In this document: piece by piece, positions 1-9,887 of the stretch
Position numbering within the stretch: position 1 is the stretch's first letter
Layout of the letters: each line of letters begins with the position of its first letter
DNA from: an uncultured Chloroflexia bacterium
GTDB taxonomy: Bacteria > Chloroflexota > Limnocylindria > QHBO01
DNA: 64,000 nucleotides
Direction of reading: 5' to 3'
Assembly: GCA_963806695.1 (NCBI GenBank)
Contig: CAWDYT010000002.1
Location: 3,968-67,967, forward strand
Made by a program: the position numbers and the translations under genes
Notes under the pieces: generated by a model
What the model was told of the DNA's origin: nothing
The model's input: the letters and a program-made list of their open reading frames with translations, nothing else
Databases searched by the model: none

Positions 1-1
1 C

Positions 2-1072
2 GCTCAATGGAGCTGGCGCCTGCTTCTGGCGATCGGGGTCATCGCTGTTGCGGTCTTCGTTGTCGCCCAGGCCCCGATGGTCGTGATCCCCGTGGTGATG
101 GCGCTGGTGGTCGCCGCGTCCGTGGCGCCCATCGCGCGTGCGCTGGGCCGCCGAGGCTGGGGGAACGGCCGGGCCGCCGCGGTTGCGACCGGAGGGACGT
201 TCCTGCTGATCCTGCTGCTGGTCCTCCTGGCACTCGCGCAGATTGCCGGCCCGGTGGTCGAGGCGGCCGATGCCGCGGTCGCGAGCGCGGCGCAGCTCAG
301 GGACGATGCGGGCGGGGGGCTGGCATGGGTGCAGTCGCTCGCCGAGACCTTCGGGGGCAACCTGCTCGCGACGATCGCGTCCGTCCTCGAGGCGATCGCC
401 ACCATCGGCGTGGTGCTGCTGCTTTCAGCCCTGCTCTCGTTCTACTTCCTGCGCGACGGATCGCGCGGGTGGGCGAGGGTCATCCAGCGCGCGAGCGATT
501 GGCGTCGGGAGGCGCTGGGTCGGGTCGGGCAGGATGCTGTCGGCATCCTGGGTTCCTACATGTTCGGCACTGCCCTGATCTCGGCGGTCGGCGCGTTCTC
601 GCAGCTCGCCATCATGCTCATCCTCGACCTGCCGTTCGCGATCCCGATCGCCGTGCTGTCGTTCATCGCGTGTTTCATCCCGTACTACGGCGGCTTCGTC
701 ACCACGGGGCTGGCGTTCCTGATCGCCGTCGGCTACGGCACGCCGACGCAGATCGTGATCATGTTCGTCTACACGATCGTGTTCAACCTTGTGCAGGGCA
801 ACATCGTCACTCCCCTCGTCTACAACCGCGCGGTCAACCTGCATCCGGCGGTCGTGCTGCTCGCGATTCCGGCCGGCGGCGCGGTGGCGGGGGTCGCGGG
901 CATGTTCCTGGCGGTGCCGGTCCTGGCCGTCATCTCCGCCACGTGGCGCACCGTCCTGCACGTGCTCGGCGATCGGCCAGCGGTCAAACCCGAACCTGCC
1001 GTGGCGCGGGCCGATGCGGCGAAGCTGCCCGAGCCGCCCGTCGATGCCCTCGGTGCCCAGCCAGCCGACTGA
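2..1072 (+). CDS. AI-2E (PerM) family transporter, 5'-truncated at window edge
   Basis: Multi-TM ORF with FIPYYGG and QGNIVTPLVYNRAVNLHP...GGAVAGVAGMFLAVP motifs; frame open from base 2. Confidence 0.85.
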   Translation, partial: AQWSWRLLLAIGVIAVAVFVVAQAPMVVIPVVMALVVAASVAPIARALGRRGWGNGRAAAVATGGTFLLILLLVLLALAQIAGPVVEAADAAVASAAQLRDDAGGGLAWVQSLAETFGGNLLATIASVLEAIATIGVVLLLSALLSFYFLRDGSRGWARVIQRASDWRREALGRVGQDAVGILGSYMFGTALISAVGAFSQLAIMLILDLPFAIPIAVLSFIACFIPYYGGFVTTGLAFLIAVGYGTPTQIVIMFVYTIVFNLVQGNIVTPLVYNRAVNLHPAVVLLAIPAGGAVAGVAGMFLAVPVLAVISATWRTVLHVLGDRPAVKPEPAVARADAAKLPEPPVDALGAQPAD

Positions 1073-1159
1073 TCACGCCTGGACCCTGACGGACGACCTG
1101 TCGGTCGGTCAGACATCTAAGCCCGGATGCTCGAGCGCACCAGCGACCGAGGAGCACCG

Positions 1160-1841
1160 ATGACCGAACGGATCTTCGCACGACAGTTCCACGCGACGGA
1201 GGGCGTCGAGGCGTGGCGCGTGCTGCCGGAGGGCGCCTACGCGTTCTTCCGGACCGAGCTCGTTCGCCGCGTCCGCCCGCTTCGTGGATGCGATCGGCAC
1301 GCTGGTGCATGAGGGCTATGCGCCGTCCGTCGACATCCGGGACGATGGCGTGACCGTTCTGCTCCGGGCATTCAAGGATGAGGGGTGGGGCCTGGTGCAG
1401 ATGGACCTCGACCTCGCGCGAGCGATCTCGACATTTGCCCGCGAGATGGGGCTTCCCACCGATCCGGCGGCGATCCAGAGCCTCCTGATCATCCCCGGCG
1501 CGACCGATCGGCCCGGGATCATGCCGTTCTGGCAGGCAGTGCTCGCATACGACCGTCGGCCGGACAGTCCTGACGAAGATCTGGTGGACCCGCACGACCG
1601 CCTGGCGCCACTCTGGATCGAGCAGATGGACGAGCCGCGCGCCGACGGCGCGGGCACGATGCATCTGGTGGTGTGGGTGCCGTGGGACGAGGCCGAGTCA
1701 CGCGTGGCGGCGGGCCTCGCCGCGGGTGGCCGGCTCGTCCGTCACAACGCCGAGGAGCTCTTCTGGACGCTGGCCGATCCAGCCGGCAACGAGGTGGACG
1801 TCGCGACGTCATCGGCGCCAGATCAGGCCAACTCCCAATAG
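1160..1841 (+). CDS. Pterin-4a-carbinolamine dehydratase-like / VOC (glyoxalase-like) fusion protein, frameshift near 1270
   Basis: GGAG RBS + ATG 1160; N-half MTERIFARQFHATEGVEAWRVL continues in another frame to ...FWTLADPAGNEVDV (VOC motif). Confidence 0.7.
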
Positions 1842-1942
1842 AGCAGCGCGATCGGTGGGCACGGCGCTTGCTGCCGTGCCTCCTGCATGCATGTGCGCCC
1901 GATCGGGCTCAGCAGCCACACAGGAAGGGGCACCACCTCTTG

Positions 1943-3452
1943 ATGCGAAGAATCAGGCTGACATCGGCGACGACGCTGGTCGTCGCCCTTGCAGTGGCAG
2001 TACCGGTCAGTGCGGCCGTTCCAGTCGACTCATCAGCGTTGGTCGAGGCGGTCGACGCTGCCGAGATCAACGGGTATCTCACGGATCTGCAGGAGATCGC
2101 GGACGCCGACCGGGGGTACGCGATCGAGCGGAACCCCTGGCTACGAGGCTTCGGTCGAATATGTCGAGGCCCAGTTGCAGGCGGCCGGGTACGACACGGC
2201 CAGGCAGCAGTTCGATTTCGAGTTCGTGGAGGTCCTGGAGGCGTCCATGGAGCAGCTCAGTCCCGTCGGCGGACCGACCTATGTGTACGGAGAGGACTTC
2301 TTCGAGGGGTTCGGTTCCCCGAACGGCACCGCCGAAGGCGACGTCATCGCAATCGACGTGGTGTTCCATTCCGGCGCGGACAACACCTCGAACAGCGGAT
2401 GCGAAGCGTCCGACTTCGAGGAGGCGGGATTCGAGGAAGGCGACATCGCGCTGGTCCAGCGTGGGACCTGCAACTTCACCGTCAAGGTTGCCAACGCCCA
2501 GGAGGCAGGCGCCATCGGCGTGATCGTCTTCAACGAGGGCAACACAGAAGAGCGGTCGGGCATCATCTTCCCGGACGTGACCGGGAGCACGGTCCCGGTG
2601 CTCGGCACCAGCTTCGAGATCGGTCAGGACCTCGTCGAGCTCAGCGAGGCCCCAGCGGGCCTGACCATGCGGATTGCGCTCGACATCTTCCGCGAGACGC
2701 GAACGACGTGGAACGTGCTTGCCGAGCTGCAGGGCGAGCGAGACGACCGCGTCACCCTGGTCGGTGCGCACCTCGACTCGGTGGTCGAAGGGCCGGGCAT
2801 CAACGACAACGGCAGCGGGTCGGCCATGATTCTCGAGTTGGCAATCGAGATGGCCGATCTGGGGATCGAGCCGGTCAACACCGTGCGCTTCGCGTGGTGG
2901 GGTGCCGAGGAATTCGGCCTGCTCGGAGCCGAGCACTACGTCGGCCAGCTCAGCAAGGCCGCGCTGAAGGACATCGCCGTCAACCTGAACTTCGACATGG
3001 TTGCGTCGCCCAACTACGTGCGCTTCGTCTATGACGGCGATGCCGGCCCGGTCGGATCGGGTGTGGTCGAGGACGTCTTCCTCGATTGGTTCGCGTCCCA
3101 GGGTCTTGCCACCGAGCCGACCGAGTTCGACGGACGCTCAGACTACGGCCCGTTCATCCTCCAGGGCGTCCCTGCCGGTGGGCTGTTCACCGGCGCCGAA
3201 GGCAGGAAGACGGCGGAGGAGGTCGTCATCTACGGCGGCGAGGTGGGGGAGCAGTACGACCCGTGCTACCACGCTGCCTGCGACACGATCGCCAACATCG
3301 ACCTCGAGGTGTTGGAGCAGATGGCCGATGCGGCGGCGCATGCCACCCAGACGTTCGCTATGACGTCGTCGGCGGTGTCCGGAACGGCAAAGGGCAACGC
3401 CAACGGGCACAGCAACGACATGGACTTCAAGGGCCCGCGAGCCATCAGGTAA
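1943..3452 (+). CDS. Secreted M28 family aminopeptidase with PA domain (frameshift ~2120)
   Basis: Signal peptide MRRIRLTSATTLVVALAVAVPVSA; GAHLDSV, GINDNGSG, WGAEEFGLLG, NFDM, YH motifs; PA domain IALVQRGTC. Confidence 0.88.
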
Positions 3453-3474
3453 CAACCTGGTCGGGACTCGATCC

Positions 3475-3508
3475 GAAGAGGAGCGGCGCACCAGCGCCGC
3501 TCCTCTTC
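3475..3508 (+). terminator. 15-bp perfect hairpin after the peptidase gene
   Basis: gaagaggagcggcgc-acca-gcgccgctcctcttc. Confidence 0.7.
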
Positions 3509-3591
3509 ATGAACTCGGATCCTGCACGCGTTTCAGTCGCAGGAAGTTGCCTCGAGTCACGGTGCAGGCACGGCGGACAGATAATGACCCC

Positions 3592-3909
3592 ATGGTGGAG
3601 GTACTCGTGGCCTGGCTGCGGTCGCTGGGCGAGGACTTCGGGGTCGACCCCGTCGTGTACGCCGTCATCTACATCGGCGCCGCGCCGCTATTCCTGGGTT
3701 CGGCGGCCTGGCTGGTTCGCAGCCTTCGCAGGCGCGAGCCGACCGGCCTGCCTCTGCTCTCGACCGTGTTCTTCTTCAGCGTCCCAACTCTCTACATCTT
3801 CTTGGCGGGGCGCAACCTTCCGGCGTGGGTCTACGCAGCGCTCGTGGGTCTGGCCGCCTTCGGCGCTCTCATGACCATCGAGGCGATCCGCCGTCAGCTA
3901 CGCCGGTAA
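3592..3909 (+). CDS. Small membrane protein (3 TM)
   Basis: Hydrophobic ORF with basic C-terminus. Confidence 0.6.
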   Translation: MVEVLVAWLRSLGEDFGVDPVVYAVIYIGAAPLFLGSAAWLVRSLRRREPTGLPLLSTVFFFSVPTLYIFLAGRNLPAWVYAALVGLAAFGALMTIEAIRRQLRR

Positions 3910-3976
3910 CGACAGCTCCGCTGCAGCGCGTCGCCTCAATCCACCGCGCCTTGACGAGGCTGCTAGGCTCCACCCA

Positions 3977-4126
3977 ATGTCGGTTGCGCAATTGACCACC
4001 ATGGCGATGCCCGGGCGGCCCCGCTCGAACGAGGGCCCCGCCCAGGAGGTCGTGCGCAGCACGTAAGCCGAGGCGAGGTTCGATTCGGGAGAGGCCGCGG
4101 AACAGACCGCGGCCTTCGCGTTTCTC
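3977..4126 (+). promoter_or_regulatory. Possible leader peptide (29 aa) plus hairpin upstream of thrC
   Basis: ORF 3977-4066 MSVAQLTTMAMPGRPRSNEGPAQEVVRST, then stem aggccgcgg/ccgcggcct (4092-4115) and a short T run. Confidence 0.35.
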
Positions 4127-4172
4127 AGCGAAGGCACCAGCTCACCCGAACGCCATTCACGAGGTCCTCGCC

Positions 4173-5447
4173 ATGACCACGATCACCGCCGAGCCCACCG
4201 CCAGACCTGCCACCGGCTTCGCCGGACTGCGCTGCTCCAATTGCGGGGCCGATGCGCCCCTCGGCCCGGTGTTCGTCTGCGACCGATGCTTCGGCCCGCT
4301 CCGGGCCACCTACGACTACGACCGCGCCCGCGCGACGCTGACCCGTGACGCCATCGCGGGCCGGCCGCGGACCCTGTGGCGCTACGCCGAGCTCCTGCCC
4401 GTCGACGACGTCCCGACCGACGGACTGTCGGTCGGCCTCTCGCCCCTCGTCGCCGCCCCGAGGCTCGGCCGGCGGCTGGGCCTGGAACGCCTGTGGGTCA
4501 AGGACGACTCACGCAACCCGACCCTGTCGTTCAAGGACCGCGTGGTGGCCGTCGCCGCGCAGCGAGCCCGCGACTTCGGCTTCCACACGTTGGCCTGCGC
4601 GTCGACCGGCAACCTGTCGGCAGCCGTGGCGGCGGCCGCCGCCGCGCTCGGACTGCGTGGCGTCGTCTTCGTGCCGGCCGACCTCGAGCCGGCCAAGATC
4701 GCGCAGGCGGCCGCGCTCGGGGCAACCGTGGTTCGCGTCGACGGCCCGTACGACGCGGTCAATCGCCTCTGCCTCGAGCTGACGGACGAGCTGGATGGCT
4801 GGGCAGTGGTCAACGTCAACCTGCGCCCGTTCTACGTCGAGGGCTCGAAGACGATCGCGTTCGAGATCGCCGAGCAGCTCGGCTGGCGCGCACCCGATGC
4901 GGTGGTGGCGCCGATCGCCTCCGGCTCGCTGTACACCAAGATCGCGCGCGGCTTCGACGAGCTCGTGGCGGTCGGGCTGATCGAGGAGCATGCCACCCGC
5001 TTCATCGGCGGACAGGCTGCCGGCTGCGGACCCGTGGCGTCGGCGTACGCGGCCGGCGCGACCGAGATCACGCCGGTGGACCGCCCCGACACGATCGTGC
5101 GCTCGCTGGCCATCGGCAGCCCTGCCGATGGGGTGCCGTCCCTGGAGCTGGCGCGGGGGAGCGGGGGCAGCATCGAGGGAGTCAGCGACGAGGCGGTCGT
5201 CGCCGCGATCCGCGACCTCGCCGAGACCGAGGGCATCCTGACGGAGACCGCCGGCGGGGTGACGGTCGCGGCGCTGCGGAAGGCGATCGAGCGCGGGGTC
5301 ATCGGCGCCGAGGACGAGGTCGTCCTGGTGATCAGCGGGAACGGGCTGAAGACGCTCGACGTGCTCGAGGCCGACGTCCGTGCGCCGATCGCGCCATCCG
5401 TGGAGGCCTTCGAGCAGTGGTGGGCGACATTCGGAGGTGCGGCATGA
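4173..5447 (+). CDS. thrC: Threonine synthase family PLP enzyme
   Basis: N-terminal CxxC...CxxC, NPTLSFKDR (PLP Lys), ASTGN, EGSKT, SGNGLK. Confidence 0.9.
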   Translation: MTTITAEPTARPATGFAGLRCSNCGADAPLGPVFVCDRCFGPLRATYDYDRARATLTRDAIAGRPRTLWRYAELLPVDDVPTDGLSVGLSPLVAAPRLGRRLGLERLWVKDDSRNPTLSFKDRVVAVAAQRARDFGFHTLACASTGNLSAAVAAAAAALGLRGVVFVPADLEPAKIAQAAALGATVVRVDGPYDAVNRLCLELTDELDGWAVVNVNLRPFYVEGSKTIAFEIAEQLGWRAPDAVVAPIASGSLYTKIARGFDELVAVGLIEEHATRFIGGQAAGCGPVASAYAAGATEITPVDRPDTIVRSLAIGSPADGVPSLELARGSGGSIEGVSDEAVVAAIRDLAETEGILTETAGGVTVAALRKAIERGVIGAEDEVVLVISGNGLKTLDVLEADVRAPIAPSVEAFEQWWATFGGAA

Positions 5448-5738
5448 GCGTCGTGCGCATCCCGCCCGTCCTTCGGCCCGTCGTCGACGGCGCGCGAGAG
5501 ATCCCGGCCAGCGGCGGCACGGTTGCCGCGGTGCTGGACGATCTGTTCGCTAGCCAGCCGGCCCTGGCCGAGCGGCTCCGTCCGGACGGCTCGCTCTTCG
5601 TCGTTCGTGAACGTGTACCTCAACGGCGAGGACATCCGTCACCGTCAGGGGCTCGATACGCCGGTCGGAACGACGGACGTCGTGATCCTGCTGCCGGCGA
5701 TGGCGGGGGGTGCGGGCGCACCGCGCCCCCCTGCTTGA
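5444..5738 (+). CDS. MoaD/ThiS ubiquitin-like sulfur carrier (frameshift ~5595)
   Basis: MSVVRIPPVLR...FVNVYLNGEDIR...ILLPAMAGG; ATG overlaps the thrC stop. Confidence 0.8.
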
Positions 5739-5899
5739 GACGCCGGAGTCAGAACGGGGCGCGGCCGCACCTTCGAAGGTGGCTGGATGCGTACACAACA
5801 CCTACGGCACGCTGGCTCGCGAATGAGCGCCGGCGGTGCGCACGCACGCTACGCGTCCCCGATGACTCTCGCGCGCTCCTGAGCGCGGTCGCCGCGGTC

Positions 5900-6466
5900 T
5901 CAGCCGGCGACGCTGCGCAGCAGACTGTACTCGCCGTTGTAGCGGACACCAAGCGCGTTGTTGAACAGGTTCAGCATGTTGATATAGCCGATCAGGAACG
6001 TCAGCTCGACCAGCTCCGGGTCGGTGAAGTGCTCGTGCAGTTCATGCGCGAGCGGCTCCGGGATGTGGTTCGAGTCGACCATGACAGCGCGCGTGTAGGC
6101 GATGGCGATGCGCTCGCGCGGCTCGAGCGATTCGGTGGCGTCAATGACGACCAGCGGATCCTGGACGATGTCCCAGATGTCGACGAGGTCGCAGTGCGAG
6201 TTCGTGCAGAACTGGCACTCGTTCGCCTTTGACGAGGTGATGATGACCAGTTCCTTGACCCGCCGCTCCAGCAGCCCGCCCGGGTAGACGCAATCCCCGA
6301 ACCCGGCGAACCCGCGCAGGATCTCCGGTCGCAGGCACATCGCCTGGATCATTTCGACCGGTGGTCGGCCGCGCTCCCAGAGACCGCGGCTTTCGTCGAA
6401 GGACGGGTCTTCCTTGACGGCCTCGAAGGCGGACTGAATCTGCTCGGGTGAAACAGTGACGCGCAT
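5900..6466 (-). CDS. Carboxymuconolactone decarboxylase / AhpD-like protein
   Basis: KELVIITSSKANECQFCTNSH motif; GAGGAG RBS. Confidence 0.8.
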   Translation of the reverse strand: MRVTVSPEQIQSAFEAVKEDPSFDESRGLWERGRPPVEMIQAMCLRPEILRGFAGFGDCVYPGGLLERRVKELVIITSSKANECQFCTNSHCDLVDIWDIVQDPLVVIDATESLEPRERIAIAYTRAVMVDSNHIPEPLAHELHEHFTDPELVELTFLIGYINMLNLFNNALGVRYNGEYSLLRSVAG

Positions 6467-6570
6467 AGGGGTCTCCTCGACGGGACTGACGGCGACATGC
6501 AGGCCGTCAGCGTAGCGCCGTGGTCCGTTGGTGAGCGAGCAGCGTCTTCTGGGAAGAACTGGGCACGCGG

Positions 6571-6852
6571 CTATTCGCTGTCGTCCTCGGCGTCCGTGTC
6601 ACTGAGGTCGGCCAGCAAGCCTGCGGCGTCCGTATTGCCGCTCGCGGCGAGGCGCCGAAGCTCACCCAGGTCCTCGCGCTCGCCCGCGAGCTCGACGAGC
6701 AGGTCCTCGGCGTCGGTATTGCCGCCGGCTGCGAATCGACGAAGCTCGTCAAGATCACCCCGCTCGGCAGCGAGCTCGATCAGCTGGGCAACGGCGTCGG
6801 GATCCCCGGCGGCTGCTTGGGCGCGCAGGTCGGCTAGTTCCTCGTCTGCCAT
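6571..6852 (-). CDS. Small alpha-helical repeat protein
   Basis: About three copies of ELRRxAxxGNTDA..LLxELA. Confidence 0.6.
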   Translation of the reverse strand: MADEELADLRAQAAAGDPDAVAQLIELAAERGDLDELRRFAAGGNTDAEDLLVELAGEREDLGELRRLAASGNTDAAGLLADLSDTDAEDDSE

Positions 6853-6991
6853 GGCTCACTCGCTATAGGCGGTCGTCATCGGCTCATAGGGTAGGCGCAG
6901 CAGGGACGCGACCGCGCTGGCCAGACGACGGCGGCCGGGTCCAATGGCCCGATCGGGAGAGCGGGGCCTGTCCTCGGGTACTCTGGTTTCG

Positions 6992-8203
6992 GTGAACGAC
7001 GCTTCGGAGTTGATCTCCTCATTGCGTACGGCGGTCGAAGCCCAGGTTCCGCAGGCTATCGCGCTGAGACGGGCGATCCACCAGCATCCCGAACTGGCGG
7101 GAACGGAGCAAGAGACGGCGGACCGGATCGTGACGGCCCTGGCGCCGCTGGGTCTCGAGATCACGACGTCCGTCGGTGGCCACGGAGTGGTCGCTGGGCT
7201 GGGCGGGGGACTGCCAGGCCCGCACGTCGCCTACCGGGCCGAGCTCGATGCCGTACCCGGGGATGAGGCTGCTGACCTTCCATTCCGGTCCGTGGAGTCA
7301 GGTGTCGGCCATCTCTGCGGGCATGACCTGCATGCGGCGATCGCTGTGGGAGTTGCCGGCGTGCTCGCCGCGCGGGCAGACACGATGCCCGGCTCGGTGA
7401 CCTTTCTCTTTCAGCCGGCCGAGGAAACGCTCGAGGGAGCGGCGGCGATGATCGCTGCGGGCGCAGTCGATGACCCTGTCCCGGACGCGATCTTCGCGCT
7501 CCACTCGTGGCCCATGCCCACCGGCCGCGTCGCGTGTGGCGAGGGCGTGGGATTCGCCGGACTCGACATCGTCGAGATCCGCGTGAGCGGCGCTGGCGCT
7601 GCCGCCACGCCTGAGACCGCGTCACATCTCCGTGCCGCGATTCAGGGCCTCGCGACGATCGCCTTCCCGACGACACCGGAGGAATTCGGAGCCCTGATGC
7701 AGGCATTCGAGGCCGAGAACGGCATCCTCGACGACGCCGTCTACATCGCCGTCGAGGAATCGTCCTCGCCTGAAGGGCTGGTACTCACCGCGGCGGTCAA
7801 GGCCAGTCGGCCAGAGCGGTACAGCGAGATCCGCGAGCGGATCAGTGAGATCGTGGCGCGCTTCGCGCCATCTGGGTCCACCCTGTCGGTCGGGGGCGAT
7901 CCGTTTCCCGCCATGCTCAACGATCCCGGTGAGGCGCGTCGAGCCATGGCTGTTCTGGACCGAGTGCTGGGACACGAGCACGTCGCGCGATATCGCGCCT
8001 CGTCCCCGTTCAACGGCGAGGACTTCGCGCTCTTCCTGCAGCGCACTCCTGGCGTCATGCTCCTCCTCGGCGTGGCCGATTACGCGCGAGGGCTCCTCGG
8101 GATCCCGCACCAGCCCGACTTCATCGCCGATGAAGCCGCGATCGAGGTCGGGATCCTCGCAGCCACGGCGGTGATCCTCAGTCGCCTCGGGATCGACATC
8201 TAG
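6992..8203 (+). CDS. M20 family amidohydrolase
   Basis: RRAIHQHPEL, RAELDAVP, HLCGHDLH, FQPAEE, GEDFA. Confidence 0.88.
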   Translation: MNDASELISSLRTAVEAQVPQAIALRRAIHQHPELAGTEQETADRIVTALAPLGLEITTSVGGHGVVAGLGGGLPGPHVAYRAELDAVPGDEAADLPFRSVESGVGHLCGHDLHAAIAVGVAGVLAARADTMPGSVTFLFQPAEETLEGAAAMIAAGAVDDPVPDAIFALHSWPMPTGRVACGEGVGFAGLDIVEIRVSGAGAAATPETASHLRAAIQGLATIAFPTTPEEFGALMQAFEAENGILDDAVYIAVEESSSPEGLVLTAAVKASRPERYSEIRERISEIVARFAPSGSTLSVGGDPFPAMLNDPGEARRAMAVLDRVLGHEHVARYRASSPFNGEDFALFLQRTPGVMLLLGVADYARGLLGIPHQPDFIADEAAIEVGILAATAVILSRLGIDI

Positions 8204-8219
8204 GGGTGGAGAGCTCCAG

Positions 8220-8888
8220 TCAACCGGGGTCGCGGTCCTCCAGCTCCCAGGCGTGATCCATCGCGTGCTGCGCCGTGCGGCGGATGAGGAAGCGCAGCGG
8301 CCAGCGGCGCGCCGGGCGGCCCTCGGCGTGGTATTCGCGGATCCCGGCGACGTAGCGCTCGCGCAGATCGGCGAGCTCCTCCGGCGTCAGCCGGCCCTCA
8401 TCCTCCTCGAGGATGGCCACCTTGCGCCAGAAGTTGTGCCGTTCCGATGCGTAGACGTGGCGGACGATCTGGTCCCGATCGCGCCCGCCGCCGCGCGGGC
8501 CTTTGGTGAGTGGCGCATCGGACGCGTCCACCGCATCGTCAAAGAACGCCCACGTTGCCCGCATGAGGCCGATCCGTCGCTCGAGCTCGTCATCGTTCAG
8601 CGCGTCCGCTTCGATGAGGGACGGCACGTGGGCAACGCCCCACCAGTCGGTCGAGGTGTTGCCCGGCGTGCGCTCCAGGACGTGCGGCTTGACGGACCGC
8701 TCGAATTCGGCATGGAGGCCGACGCGCTCCGCAACAGGCGCGTAGCGCGGAACGTAGGCGAGCAGCTTGTCGATGGCCTCGTCCTCGGTCCGGCCCCAGC
8801 GCTCCAGGCCCGGCCAGTCCATCGCGGCGGCCACGATCCGCTTGCCCTTCGGACCGATCTCGAGGAGGACGCGCAGCTGGTCCGTCAT
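8220..8888 (-). CDS. Hypothetical protein with DinB-like C-terminus
   Basis: GPRGGGRDRDQIVRHV...IRRTAQHAMDHAWELED. Confidence 0.65.
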   Translation of the reverse strand: MTDQLRVLLEIGPKGKRIVAAAMDWPGLERWGRTEDEAIDKLLAYVPRYAPVAERVGLHAEFERSVKPHVLERTPGNTSTDWWGVAHVPSLIEADALNDDELERRIGLMRATWAFFDDAVDASDAPLTKGPRGGGRDRDQIVRHVYASERHNFWRKVAILEEDEGRLTPEELADLRERYVAGIREYHAEGRPARRWPLRFLIRRTAQHAMDHAWELEDRDPG

Positions 8889-8971
8889 GCCCAGAGGCTA
8901 CGCCATGGATCCCGAGTCCACGCCAGCCCGACACGATGACGTCGACCCAGCGTCGGACCTAGGATTCCCCT

Positions 8972-9673
8972 GTGAATGCCCCTCTCGTTCTGCGTGCCGG
9001 AGATCTGGTGGCCGAGCGACCGGAGGGAACGGCGGACGACATCCACTTCACCGAGGCGCTGGCGGAGTCCATCGTGGACTATGCAAGTCAGCGCGGAGAC
9101 CTTGTCCTCGACCCGTTCGCGGGCTACGGCACGACCGTGGCGGTGGCTGTGCGGATGGGGCGGCGGGCGATCGGCATCGAGCTCATGCCGGAGCACGTCG
9201 AGATCGCTCGACGTCGTACGGCCGGGCGGGCGAGGCTGATCCTGGGAGATGCTCGGGAGCTATCCCGCCTCGTGAACGAGCCGGTGGATCTCGTGCTGAC
9301 CTCGCCTCCGTACATGCCGGCCACCGGTCACCCGGAGAATCCGCTCACCGGTTATGTGACCGATGACGGCGACTACGCCGACTACCTGGGCGAGCTCGGC
9401 TCGATATTCCAGCAGGTGGCGGCGCTGCTGCGGCCGGGTGGCCAGCTCGTGGTCAATGTGGCGAATGTCGTTGCCGCCGACGGCAAGGTCACGCCCCTTG
9501 CGAGCGACATCGCCGGCGTCATCAACGAGCACCTGCCGTTGCGGGGTGTGACGACCTTGCGGTGGGACCAGCCGCCGGCCGGCCTCGACGGCGACTATCT
9601 GCTCTGGTTCGCCCGCCCTGGCGCGGAATCGAACGTGCTAGATGGGCCGGGACCCAGGGAGTGCCCGGCCTGA
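8972..9673 (+). CDS. Orphan N4/N6-type DNA methyltransferase-like protein
   Basis: LDPFAGYGTT (SAM-binding) followed by LVLTSPPY (catalytic motif IV). Confidence 0.72.
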   Translation: MNAPLVLRAGDLVAERPEGTADDIHFTEALAESIVDYASQRGDLVLDPFAGYGTTVAVAVRMGRRAIGIELMPEHVEIARRRTAGRARLILGDARELSRLVNEPVDLVLTSPPYMPATGHPENPLTGYVTDDGDYADYLGELGSIFQQVAALLRPGGQLVVNVANVVAADGKVTPLASDIAGVINEHLPLRGVTTLRWDQPPAGLDGDYLLWFARPGAESNVLDGPGPRECPA

Positions 9674-9887
9674 AACTTGACAGTGGCGCAAGCGCCTCGG
9701 TTGAACGTTGACAGGAGGCGTCAACGGCGCCGTTGGGGACTCGCCGCGGCACGCGACCTGCAGCCTTGGAGTTCACCAACCCATCGCACAGCCTGCTTCG
9801 ACCGTCACCGGTGTTCCGCGACTCCGAGATCGCCACACCTCCCGACCACGGAACCCGACCCAACCAGGATGAGGAGATCACATACCG

